From Candidatus Omnitrophota bacterium (GTDB lineage: Bacteria > Omnitrophota > Gorgyraeia > Tantalellales > Tantalellaceae): a stretch of 64,000 nucleotides of DNA. Below, piece by piece: positions 36,201 through 44,434 of this stretch (its first letter is position 1; every line of letters begins with the position of its first letter). The stretch is from the NCBI GenBank assembly GCA_049643885.1, contig JBARQV010000027.1, positions 3,294-67,293 on the forward strand. The letters are read 5' to 3'. The position numbers were made by a program, and so were the translations under genes. The notes below the pieces were generated by a model, which was not told the DNA's origin, did not search any database, and saw nothing but the letters and a program-made list of their open reading frames with translations.

Positions 36201-39200
36201 GCTCTCACCATATCGACGAATGGCGTTTTTGATCTCCAGGATAATAATATGACGGCAACAGGAGCTGTCTTTTCGAACGACGGCACGCTCAGGCTCGTCG
36301 GATCGCAGGCGATAACGGGCCTTGTTATGGACACCGATTCGGGCACGGTGGAATATACCGGCGACGGTGATGCGACTCAGGAGACCTTTACGATCAAGGA
36401 TTTCGGCGCTATCGACTATTATCACCTTTTGATAAATGACACTAATGCCACGACCGCCAACCGGGACATTATTTCCGTAGGCGTGGGAACAAACCTGAAC
36501 GTCGACGGGGATCTTACAGTTTCCGGGGGAACGTTGAATATTAACGGGCAAAGCGTCAACATCGCCGGGAATTTCAGCGTGAGCGCGAGCCCGGACGCGA
36601 GATATCAGCAGGGCGGCGGCAGCGATAATACCTTCGATGGCAGCGGTAATGCCACCATTGATACCGGGGGAACAGATGACGACCACGATCTTACCCGCTT
36701 CATCGTGGACAAGTCCGGCGGAGCCGTTCTTACCGTGATAAACAATGGCGTGGATATAAATGAGAGCCTTACGATCACCAACGGTGTTCTTAGCTTGAAT
36801 GGCCAGAATATCACAACGACCACCACATTTTCAAATTCCGGAACCCTGCGTCTTCAGGGGAATGAGAGCGTGTCTTGGACCACGAACGACACTGATTCAG
36901 GCAAATGGGAGTATGTTGGTGATGGCGATTCCCTGGCGGACACATACACGATCAAGGATTTCGGGACCCCGGATTATTATAATCTGACCATCAATTCTAC
37001 TGACGGCGTGACCGACACATTCCAGCTCGGCGCCGCATTGGATGTTGACAGAAACCTCACCATTACTTCCGGCCGGCTGGATGCCAATAGCCAGAACATC
37101 AATCTTGCCGGCAACTGGATCAAAACCGGCGGGACCTTTGACAGCGGAACTAATACCGTTACATTTGACGGGGGGAGCGCGCAGACCATGAATTCCGGCG
37201 GCACGGATACAGGAAGCGATTTTAACAACATCACCGTATCCGGCTCAACGGTCCAGTTAATAGATAACGCGGTCGATATCGACGGCACTTTGACCATAAA
37301 TTCAGGCAAGGTCTTTGACCTTAACGGCCAGGACTTCACCCTCGCGACACTTGATAACAGCGGTACCTTGCAGCTCGAGGGGACGGAGACGGTCGCGATA
37401 ACCACGATGGATACCGACTCAGGAGAGGTTCTCTATACCGGATCGGGTTCTTATACAGGCCTTGCGGCGGGGGATAACTATTACGATCTTACATTTGCCG
37501 GGATCGGGAGTTATGCTCTGGATGCCGCTTTAGACGTAAACGGCTCTCTTGCAATATCAGGTTATTCCTATAAAAAAGCGATCGTATTGGAAAGCGACCA
37601 GGTAAGCGGCACTGCCGACCTGACGGATTTTCCCGTGCTATTTAGCGTTACGGATACCGATTTGAGGACAACGGGCAACGGTGGGCAGGTAACGGATCCC
37701 AACGGTTACGATATTATCTTTGTGGATTCCAACGGGGACCAGCTCGACCACGAGGTCGAAGCGTACAACGCCGCAACCGGGCAATTGATCGCGTGGGTAA
37801 AGGTTTCCGCGCTGGATTATAATGATGACACGACAATCTATATTTATTACGGCAACAGCAACATTACAAGTTCCCGGGAGAATGCTTCCGGCGTGTGGAG
37901 TAATTCTTACGCGGCTGTATATCACCTTGGCGAAGCCGGCACCGGAACGGCAGGCGATTACCAGGATTCCACTTCAAACAGTAATGATAGCGTGAGCACG
38001 AGCAACCAGCCTTCACAGACAACCGGCAAAATCGACGACTACGGCCAGTATTTTGACGGGTCTGAGGCGATACGCATTGCCGATGCTTCTTCGCTTGAGC
38101 CGACATCCATGACCATTTCATGCTGGTTCAAAAGAGACGGAGCCCAAAAGGACTGGACCAAGATCGTGCATAAGGGGCAGGGGAATAGCCCGTTCGGTTC
38201 TTATATACTGCAATTGAGCGCGGATGAGACGGAAGCAGAGTTCCAGGTAGCCAAGACGACCCCGGACTATGCAAAGGCAAGCAGCGGGACCGGGGCTGTC
38301 GCGGATGATACCTGGTACTATCTGGTAGGGACCTACGACGGGACCACCTACGACGGGATTTTATATATTAACTCCGCAAATATCGATAGTTTTAACGATA
38401 CCGCCCCTCTTTATTATGAAACCACCGGGCTTGGGATCGGAGGGCCCGGTTATAACGCTTATAATGATGCGGCAATCGGAGTTGTAGACGAAGTCAGGAT
38501 ATCGAGTGCCGTCCGCACCCAGGGCTGGATCACCACTGAATACAACAACCAGAATACTCCCTCAGCGCTTTATCCGACTTATACGTCAGGGAGCGGCCAG
38601 ACTGCCGGCAGTGCCGGAACGCTGGACGCAGCCGGATATAACATGAACATCGGCGGCAGCTGGACGAACTCAGGGACGTTCACGCACAACAATAATACGG
38701 TCATATTTGACGCGAACGATGCCGATAATACCATTACTTCCGGCGGCTCTTCCTTTAATAATGTCACGATCTCGAGCGGCACCTATGCCATGCAGGATGC
38801 CATGGTCATAGACGGCAATCTTACCACATGTCCCTGGGCGGATGAGTATTCTTACAGGAAGACGATAACAATAGAATCGGATTACGTCGACGCGGATGTG
38901 AGCGACTTCCCGATGCTCTTCAGTGTCACCGACACGGATTTGATAGACAACGTGATGAGCGGTTCGAACTACACGATCAAGTTCACCAATTCAACCGGGA
39001 CAGAGCTTCCTTATGAAGTTGAATACTACAATAACGGGACAGGCCAGCTTATCGCCTGGGTGAAGGCGGATTCCCTGTCAGGCAGCACCGATACGACCCT
39101 TTATCTTCACTACGGCTCGAGCGGCACTGCTTCTACGGAAAACCCGAGTGGAGTATGGAGCAATGGATATGAGGCGGTTTGGCATTTAACGGATGCGGCC

Positions 39201-42200
39201 GACTCGACCGGCGCGGGAAACGATCTCACCAACACCAACGTTACATTTGCCGGGGCCGATCCTAAGATAGGTGATTACGCGTTGTTTGATGGAGACGGTG
39301 ATCAATTAGAAGACGGAGACGGCGAGTCCTATATCAACGGATTGTCGGCAATAACCGTTTCCATGTGGGTCAATTCGGATATCACCGGAACCGACAGGGG
39401 ATTTTTTGATACCGAAGCGCCTGACGGGAATGATGACGTTACAAACCTAAGATATGATGACGCGGGCGCAAGCGGAGGAGCGGATGATTGCCTCAAAGTA
39501 AGCATTAACGCCACTACCGGTGAACAGCAGGCGTTGGAGAGTTCTGCGCTTAGCCAGACAACCAGCTGGCAGTATATCGTCCTTACATGGTCATCCGGGG
39601 TTGATGTTGCGCTATATCTGGACGGTTCGCCGGATACGCCTTCTTACTTGGAGGCTGGCGCTAGCAGCGGCACCTTGCAGAACGCCACTACCGTTTTAGT
39701 GGGTAAAGGCCCTAAAGACGGCGCGGCGCAGAGTTGGGACGGGCTGATCGATGAGGTGCGTGTTTCCAGCATAGCCCGGCCCTCCGGATGGATATCTACG
39801 GAACACAACAACCAGGACAACCCTTCGGCGTTTCACTCGACCGGGAGTGAGGGTTCGTCAGCTCCTGTTCTTGACTTGAGCGGGCAGAACCTCACCGTGA
39901 CCGGCACATTAGATAATTGCGGAACTATTAAGCTCGAGGGCGGCGAGACAGTGAACCTTACCATGGACACCGATTCAGGGCTGGTGGAATATTACGGAGC
40001 CGGCTCTTACGCAGGCCTTGTCGCCGGCGATGAGTATTATGATGTTAAGTTTTCCGGCAGCGGCAATTTTGACCTGGACGCGAACCTGCAAATAAACGGC
40101 GATCTTAATATCACGGGCTCCGTGACAGGGGACGCCGCGGGATATTCTTATTATAAAACAGTGACTATAAATTATAACTATGTAGACGATGATCTGACCA
40201 ACTTCCCGATGCTTTTTATTGTCGCCGACAGCGATCTGGCGACCGTAGTGAATGGCGGAAACGTGAACAGCTCGAGCGGCTACGATATAATCTTCACCGA
40301 CACAAGCGGAAATCAGCTTGACCACGAGATCGAGAAATATGATCCGGAGACAGGCGAAGTAGTGGCATGGGTCAGGATCCCCTCACTGTCCGGTTCAGTT
40401 AACACGGCCATTAATGTACATTATGGTAACGGTTCAGTGACCGCTTCCCAGGAAAATGTCAGCGGTGTTTGGGGAACTATCTATGACGGAGTTTGGCACC
40501 TGAATGACGACTTGCAGGATTCCTCGTCCACCGCCAATAACGGCACAAACAACGGATCAGCTGACGCGACCGGCAAGATAGCCGATGGGCAGTCTTTTAA
40601 CGACGCGGAGAGCGACTATATCGCGGTAGGGTCCGACCTTAGCCAGTGGCTGGGCAGCGACGGGTATGTATCCTTATGGATCAATACGACACAGACAGGC
40701 AATGATACGATGTGGCAGGCGCCCGGTGTGACCGGCGTGGAGCAATCAGGAGGCGCTAATGACATTTTCTACGGGTGGATAGATGCTTCCGGCCAGATAG
40801 GCGTCCAGGCAGGGAACACCGCCGGAGCGAAGAGCGCTGCAGACATAAATGACGGCGCGTGGCATTACATAGCCATGACGCGGAACGCGACTACAGGCGA
40901 AGTAAATATGTATGTAGATGACAACACGGTTGTTACGGCCACTTCGGAGACGGGGGCAAAAACAAATGCATTTTACAGTTTCGGGAGGATAGAGGACACA
41001 GGGGGCACCCCGGTCTATTTTAACGGCACGCTTGATGAGATCCGCGTTACGGATTCCATAAGACCGGCCGAGTGGATATCGACCGAATACAATAACCAGT
41101 TTTCCCCGGGAACGTTTTTCGGGACCGGAGGAGAGACAAGGAACGCCCCGGTCCTCAATGCCGGTAGCTATAACATCAATATAGCCGGCAATTACTCGCA
41201 GGACGAAGGGACTTTTGTCGCCCCGTCAAGCGTTCTCGGTCTTACAGGCAATTTCGACCTCACGGGAGGCACGTTCAACCACAACAGCGGCACTATCGCT
41301 TTCAACGCGACCGATACGGACAACACGCTCAACTTGAACGGCACCGCTTTCAATAACGTGAGGTTTGTTAACACTGCCACATATGCGCTGAACAGCGACC
41401 TCGATGTCGACGGCACGCTTACTTTCGCGCAGGAATCAGGATACGGAAAAGAAAAGACCATAACGATAGACCATGATCTGGTCGCGGAGGACCTGACCGA
41501 TTTTCCGATCCTTTTCAGCGTAACAGACGGCGACCTGGCCACGGTCGCCAACGGCGGTGACGTCGCTAACGCCAACGGCTACGACATCATATTCACCGAC
41601 GCGAACGGCACGCGGCTTGACCATGAGATAGAGAGCTACGATCCCGTTTCCGGCCAGATAGTCGCCTGGATAAAGGTTCCCGCGGTCTCTGCTGGCGCGG
41701 ACACGGTCATATACATGAAATACGGCAATGATGACATAACTACCTCCCAGGAGAACATCTCAGGTGTTTGGGACTCAAGTTTTGTAGGTGTGTGGCACAT
41801 GGATGAGACTTCCGGACTTGTATATGATTCTACATCCTACAATAATGACGGCACTGTATTTGCTTTTGCGCTCGGGGAAGTGAACAGGAGCGAGACCGGA
41901 AAGATAGACGGGGCCAATGATCTTGATCTTGCAAGCTATCCGAACGATCCCGCATATATTTTAATGACTGATTCCGGCAGCTTGGACATCACGGGAGAAC
42001 TCACGATATCGGCCTGGATAAATGCCGATGACCTTACGAACAGCAGGACGATCGTAGCGAAAGGTGCTTCGCTGACAAGCGTGAACTACGCTTTAAGCAC
42101 GAACGGCACGGAAGCTCAGTTCGGTTTCTATAACGGCGGAAATCGAACGTATGTTACCTCGAGTGCGGGGATTTCGACAGGCACCTGGTATTATGTTGCT

Positions 42201-44420
42201 GCCACGTACGATGACGCAGCGAACAGTGTGAAAGTTTATGTCAATGATACCAACAAGCTCGATACTTCTTCGACGTATTCACTGATAGCCGATAACGGCA
42301 ATTTGAATGTAAGCACTTATACATATGCTCCGGCTGGTGTATACGGTTTTAAGGGTTCGATAGATGAAGTTCGCATATCTAATACGGACAGGAGCGCCGG
42401 GTGGCTGGAGACAGAATTCAATAACCAGACAAGCCCCGCGATATTCCACAGCCAGGGAGGCGAAACGGTACCATTGACGACAATAGTTCTCAACAATAAC
42501 GATATCATTGCCGCGAGAGATTTTCACGGCAAAGGCGTTACGCTTTCCGGGGCAGGCGGCGTGGTATTGGATGGATCGAGCACTCAGAGTTTTGACCCGG
42601 GTTCGGTGAGTCTTTATAATCTGACGATCTCCAACAGCTCAACCAACGGCGTTCAGGTCAGCGACAGCCTGACGGTTACAAATGCATTGACAATATCTTC
42701 GAACGGCGTTCTCGACCTTCAGGACCAGGACCTTACTGCTACCGGCGCTTCTTTCTCCAATGACGGGACCCTTAGGCTTGTCGGAGGGCAGACGATAACC
42801 GGTCTTACAATGGATACCAATTCCGGGACAGTGGAATATTACGGGAATGGCTCCTACACCGGTCTTGCGGCGGGGAACAACTATTATAATCTTTATTTTT
42901 CCGGCGACGGTTCTTATGCGCTTACCGGAGACCTGGACGTGAATAACGATCTGACGTTCGCAAGCTACACATGGTACGATGCCAACTGGTTGAGCAGGAT
43001 AAAGATCACCGTTTCAAGCTCTCAGGTCGGTGAAAACCTGGCCGACTTCCCGGTTTACGTGGACCTTTCGGACCTGGGCTCGTCTTTCTTCAGCACCGTA
43101 AAAACAGATGGGTCTGACATACTTGTAACGGAAATTGATGGCACGACGGTTCTCAAGAGAGAAGTCGTTGACATAGACACGACCGGGGAGACAGGCGAGC
43201 TCTGGTTCAAAGCATCAAGCCTGAGCTCGTCAACAGACACGTCTTTCTATATCTATTACGGGAACTCAAACGCTTCCCTGGGCAATGATACGGATGTCTG
43301 GAGTAACAGCTATCTCAGCGCGTGGCATCTTGAAGACGCTAACTCCGACTCGACGCCGAACAACCATGATCTTACTGACAACAGTACTTCAAGTGTGGCA
43401 GGCAAGATCGGCGGCGGGCAGGACTTCACGGCCGGCGCGTATTTGGAAGATTCGAACGCTGAAATTTATATCAACGGCCTGAACGCGTTCACTTTGAGTT
43501 TGTGGGCCAATGCCGACGCGATAGGAAACGACCACGGCCTTGTAGTTTCAAAGACTCCGGATAATGCGGATGATGACGGGATCAACCTCAGGTATGACAG
43601 CGCGGGAAGCGACGGAAGCGGTACTAATCTTATCAAGGGGTCAGCAGGAACTTTCGGATGGCCCAGCAGTAATCCATTCAGGTACGAAAGTTCATCTGAC
43701 ACGCAGTCTGCCGACTGGCAATATCTTACTCTTGCATGGTCCAGTGGAAGTCAGATGGCGCTTTATGTGGATGGCGCGGCTGACACTCCAGATTATAACA
43801 GCACAGCCAGGACTACGACCATTACCGGTGCGACTACATTTATCATAGGAAAGGGCACCCAGGATACGACAGGCGGATGGGAAGGGCTTATTGACGAAGT
43901 GTGTTTATCCAACGTCGCCCGCTCCGCGGGATGGATATCCACCGAATACAATAACCAGAATTCCCCGTCTTCGTTCTACGCGACCGGCGGGAGTTCGAAT
44001 ATAAACATAAACACCCAGGGTTACAATATCACTGTTGGCGGAAGTTTCGAGAACCCGGAAAATGTCGGCTCTTTGAGCGGCTCGGGGACGGTGATATTTG
44101 ACGACGCGACTAAAGCATCGAACATCCTTGGCGACACGATCTTCTATAATTTTAGCTGCGCTACTGCCGGGAAACAACTCTTCTTTGAAGCAAGCTCGAC
44201 TACGACTATACAAGGCACGCTGACCCTTATCGGCGGGTCGGGAAACCCGATCATTTTAAGAAGCACCTCGCCGAACACGGCATGGAACATCGATCCGCAG
44301 GGGGCAAGAAGCGTTTCTTACGTTGACGTCCAGGATTCCACGAACCTTGACGTTACAGACATCATCGCCACAAGCTCCGCCGATTCCGGCCGCAACACCG
44401 GCTGGGCCATCACCCCGTAA
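30249..44420 (+). CDS. giant TpsA-family exoprotein (4723 aa): N-terminal TPS domain followed by seven [DUF2341 + LamG/concanavalin-like] modules and beta-helix-like spacers
   Basis: TPS-domain N-terminus (LPKVDEVVSGEAEV...NATDNTIINYQSFNI...LVNQNGIYVGPNANI). Recurring Y-S-Y-K-K-x-I-x-I...L-T-(N/D)-F-P-(V/M)-L-F-S-V...Y-(Y/H)-G-N module heads lie at nt ~33741, 35020, 37561, 38846, 40141, 41441 and 42970. Each is followed by a LamG-like domain ending ...L-D-E-V-R-(I/V)-S....G-W-I-x-T-E-(Y/H)-N-N-Q-x-S-P. Confidence 0.85.
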   Translation: MVRLAEMNNNNSLRVCIIILAMLFAWTNCVYSLPKVDEVVSGEAEVKMVDPNTMQINATDNTIINYQSFNIMEHESVIISLPNSSSEILNRVIGPDRSDLFGNLSCNGIFILVNQNGIYVGPNANIEAASAILSTRDITDSDFIDGQYLFQKLSDEEMDMLLLNEGTIRIQDGGFGVLIAGAIENNGKIIAPCGKIVLAGGDAIKLNMSANGLISVAILEKTASKIYDHEGNPILDQIKNTGELRANGGAVILKAESVTDVFRSAINLEGVVEANRVEDKDGVISIVADNDVTINAEMAATSIDIKTEYDIDLDANIVASEGDILLFADYDGDGIGSFRQHGGLIEATGEGDIYIEGSGEMVLGAVKTELGAIKIGTQREPFSITGEPHYIHSKGDFEITAMDEGEEVTTLHTSRGDVLKYNTTGKVILEAADGRIEQLIQEPLPAGYLELKARTFDVNSEADVTVINDIDSNIYIEKLIEISEDVVSLEGETTGRVTYLISNDIVLQTPHDVDTAPGVIIPGDNVKITARRIGSNDSPVGISANLTYIHRIQGDIVISEIWGLGTTICIRGPDPDTNPDSWGAINLNKNTDLILEASQGGLFISENCALQAQNLTLIASQGIENYGSLLVENGTLTLTAEGAVISLGSLRAETLIEEGASFVVGGEYIVGYATARNADNAVTLYTGNYSGETSDTGDIAVKNNNIITLVGDTIFRADSDQNGVGGFKPQVGSSIVGGGYNLWIYGSESSTLRQITGVGTLSLYRSYASSNPYYIDYSAWSVGNLIIGAGISLDIQGVGLTLSGNFTNNGTFVSNNAVIFSGAGTSNITGNITFNNLTCTTAGKILKFKEGQTFTINGTLALTGTSGNEIVLDSQNGSTQFTFKVASAQSVSYIVVANSNVDDTSGGNITASNSYNDGNNDTGPTGRYWAGLPAATYSVYGAVYSDQGSTLMGAGVNIVLARNGVVTANTNTLASGQYAFHGRAFSANDVVLIYINNSTTNGNVVVIVDAARITGADIYGNTAIARHQTAGPVTNATFSTAKGSMTDTDIIYSVSGSNLELNEGVSFVVWTGDTYTPGGNLYCNDVVVQSSAIFNAAAGSTISASGDWANSGTFNPSTSTVILTGGSVQTLTSGGSSFNNLTIAGVGTYRLQDALNVTGTLAISGYSYKKAIVIDNTKVNADLTNFPVLFSVTDSDLAVTGSGGYVTSSNGCDIIFTDHAGVQLDHEVESYNPATGQIIAWVKVPSLSNSTDTTIYVHYGNSDIITSQENPTGVWSNGFAAVWHLGSSINDSTSNGITGTNNGTTEETTIVKVGTSTYFNGSESDYINYGEPSALDISGNNPITIETWVYFNSVAANYQDFFSKGDTQYHLQKNNADPGVIQFVIYDGDWQLVQADSNVSTGTWYHVVGTYNGVSGGALELYINGSKQTGSDTAASINNTAYSVYMGENSQSTGRYLDGYMDEARICNAYRTGGWIQTEHNNQSSPSTFYPNYTSEARTTGDSATLCLNGKNLSTATLNNTGTLRLLGAETVSITTMDTDSGLVDYYGDGSYTGLAAGDSYFDLTFSGTGVYTLDADLDINGDLSFTPTFQYRKEITIYASQVDADVTDFPVLFSVTDADLIDNLMHDANYTIKFTNATGTELPYEVEYYNNATGQLIAWVKADSLSSSTNTTLWLYYGSLEADSTEAATSVWSNNYSAVWHMSEASGTIYNSTSYPNNGTAAGGITYGAAGKIDGSVSLDGVDDRINCGWDPSLSPSNAITVSLWTQNAVSPAQYDGILGKTSSFKWDDGYGMFYNSSTEVRFYVSNYSANVAYASLTPTNMNYIVGTFDGSNVRIYVNGVEGTADPYAGTISSTAAMLVLGQLSGTAYNINGKLDEVRVAGTWRPSGWISTEFKNQNSPGTFFGTGSEISGGATINAGSYDINSAGDFDLTSGIFDAGTGTVIFDGVSTQTLTTASYDFYGLTVSNASSNGVQLADALTVTNALTISTNGVFDLQDNNMTATGAVFSNDGTLRLVGSQAITGLVMDTDSGTVEYTGDGDATQETFTIKDFGAIDYYHLLINDTNATTANRDIISVGVGTNLNVDGDLTVSGGTLNINGQSVNIAGNFSVSASPDARYQQGGGSDNTFDGSGNATIDTGGTDDDHDLTRFIVDKSGGAVLTVINNGVDINESLTITNGVLSLNGQNITTTTTFSNSGTLRLQGNESVSWTTNDTDSGKWEYVGDGDSLADTYTIKDFGTPDYYNLTINSTDGVTDTFQLGAALDVDRNLTITSGRLDANSQNINLAGNWIKTGGTFDSGTNTVTFDGGSAQTMNSGGTDTGSDFNNITVSGSTVQLIDNAVDIDGTLTINSGKVFDLNGQDFTLATLDNSGTLQLEGTETVAITTMDTDSGEVLYTGSGSYTGLAAGDNYYDLTFAGIGSYALDAALDVNGSLAISGYSYKKAIVLESDQVSGTADLTDFPVLFSVTDTDLRTTGNGGQVTDPNGYDIIFVDSNGDQLDHEVEAYNAATGQLIAWVKVSALDYNDDTTIYIYYGNSNITSSRENASGVWSNSYAAVYHLGEAGTGTAGDYQDSTSNSNDSVSTSNQPSQTTGKIDDYGQYFDGSEAIRIADASSLEPTSMTISCWFKRDGAQKDWTKIVHKGQGNSPFGSYILQLSADETEAEFQVAKTTPDYAKASSGTGAVADDTWYYLVGTYDGTTYDGILYINSANIDSFNDTAPLYYETTGLGIGGPGYNAYNDAAIGVVDEVRISSAVRTQGWITTEYNNQNTPSALYPTYTSGSGQTAGSAGTLDAAGYNMNIGGSWTNSGTFTHNNNTVIFDANDADNTITSGGSSFNNVTISSGTYAMQDAMVIDGNLTTCPWADEYSYRKTITIESDYVDADVSDFPMLFSVTDTDLIDNVMSGSNYTIKFTNSTGTELPYEVEYYNNGTGQLIAWVKADSLSGSTDTTLYLHYGSSGTASTENPSGVWSNGYEAVWHLTDAADSTGAGNDLTNTNVTFAGADPKIGDYALFDGDGDQLEDGDGESYINGLSAITVSMWVNSDITGTDRGFFDTEAPDGNDDVTNLRYDDAGASGGADDCLKVSINATTGEQQALESSALSQTTSWQYIVLTWSSGVDVALYLDGSPDTPSYLEAGASSGTLQNATTVLVGKGPKDGAAQSWDGLIDEVRVSSIARPSGWISTEHNNQDNPSAFHSTGSEGSSAPVLDLSGQNLTVTGTLDNCGTIKLEGGETVNLTMDTDSGLVEYYGAGSYAGLVAGDEYYDVKFSGSGNFDLDANLQINGDLNITGSVTGDAAGYSYYKTVTINYNYVDDDLTNFPMLFIVADSDLATVVNGGNVNSSSGYDIIFTDTSGNQLDHEIEKYDPETGEVVAWVRIPSLSGSVNTAINVHYGNGSVTASQENVSGVWGTIYDGVWHLNDDLQDSSSTANNGTNNGSADATGKIADGQSFNDAESDYIAVGSDLSQWLGSDGYVSLWINTTQTGNDTMWQAPGVTGVEQSGGANDIFYGWIDASGQIGVQAGNTAGAKSAADINDGAWHYIAMTRNATTGEVNMYVDDNTVVTATSETGAKTNAFYSFGRIEDTGGTPVYFNGTLDEIRVTDSIRPAEWISTEYNNQFSPGTFFGTGGETRNAPVLNAGSYNINIAGNYSQDEGTFVAPSSVLGLTGNFDLTGGTFNHNSGTIAFNATDTDNTLNLNGTAFNNVRFVNTATYALNSDLDVDGTLTFAQESGYGKEKTITIDHDLVAEDLTDFPILFSVTDGDLATVANGGDVANANGYDIIFTDANGTRLDHEIESYDPVSGQIVAWIKVPAVSAGADTVIYMKYGNDDITTSQENISGVWDSSFVGVWHMDETSGLVYDSTSYNNDGTVFAFALGEVNRSETGKIDGANDLDLASYPNDPAYILMTDSGSLDITGELTISAWINADDLTNSRTIVAKGASLTSVNYALSTNGTEAQFGFYNGGNRTYVTSSAGISTGTWYYVAATYDDAANSVKVYVNDTNKLDTSSTYSLIADNGNLNVSTYTYAPAGVYGFKGSIDEVRISNTDRSAGWLETEFNNQTSPAIFHSQGGETVPLTTIVLNNNDIIAARDFHGKGVTLSGAGGVVLDGSSTQSFDPGSVSLYNLTISNSSTNGVQVSDSLTVTNALTISSNGVLDLQDQDLTATGASFSNDGTLRLVGGQTITGLTMDTNSGTVEYYGNGSYTGLAAGNNYYNLYFSGDGSYALTGDLDVNNDLTFASYTWYDANWLSRIKITVSSSQVGENLADFPVYVDLSDLGSSFFSTVKTDGSDILVTEIDGTTVLKREVVDIDTTGETGELWFKASSLSSSTDTSFYIYYGNSNASLGNDTDVWSNSYLSAWHLEDANSDSTPNNHDLTDNSTSSVAGKIGGGQDFTAGAYLEDSNAEIYINGLNAFTLSLWANADAIGNDHGLVVSKTPDNADDDGINLRYDSAGSDGSGTNLIKGSAGTFGWPSSNPFRYESSSDTQSADWQYLTLAWSSGSQMALYVDGAADTPDYNSTARTTTITGATTFIIGKGTQDTTGGWEGLIDEVCLSNVARSAGWISTEYNNQNSPSSFYATGGSSNININTQGYNITVGGSFENPENVGSLSGSGTVIFDDATKASNILGDTIFYNFSCATAGKQLFFEASSTTTIQGTLTLIGGSGNPIILRSTSPNTAWNIDPQGARSVSYVDVQDSTNLDVTDIIATSSADSGRNTGWAITP

Positions 44421-44434
44421 TCGGGTCATCGGGT

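Noticed and set aside
30602-43702. Dozens of 60-240-aa ORFs on both strands inside tpsA-1 (e.g. 30693-31424, 36159-36686)
   Set aside because: They lie entirely within the continuous 14.2-kb TpsA reading frame, which has clear domain content. Nothing indicates nested genes.
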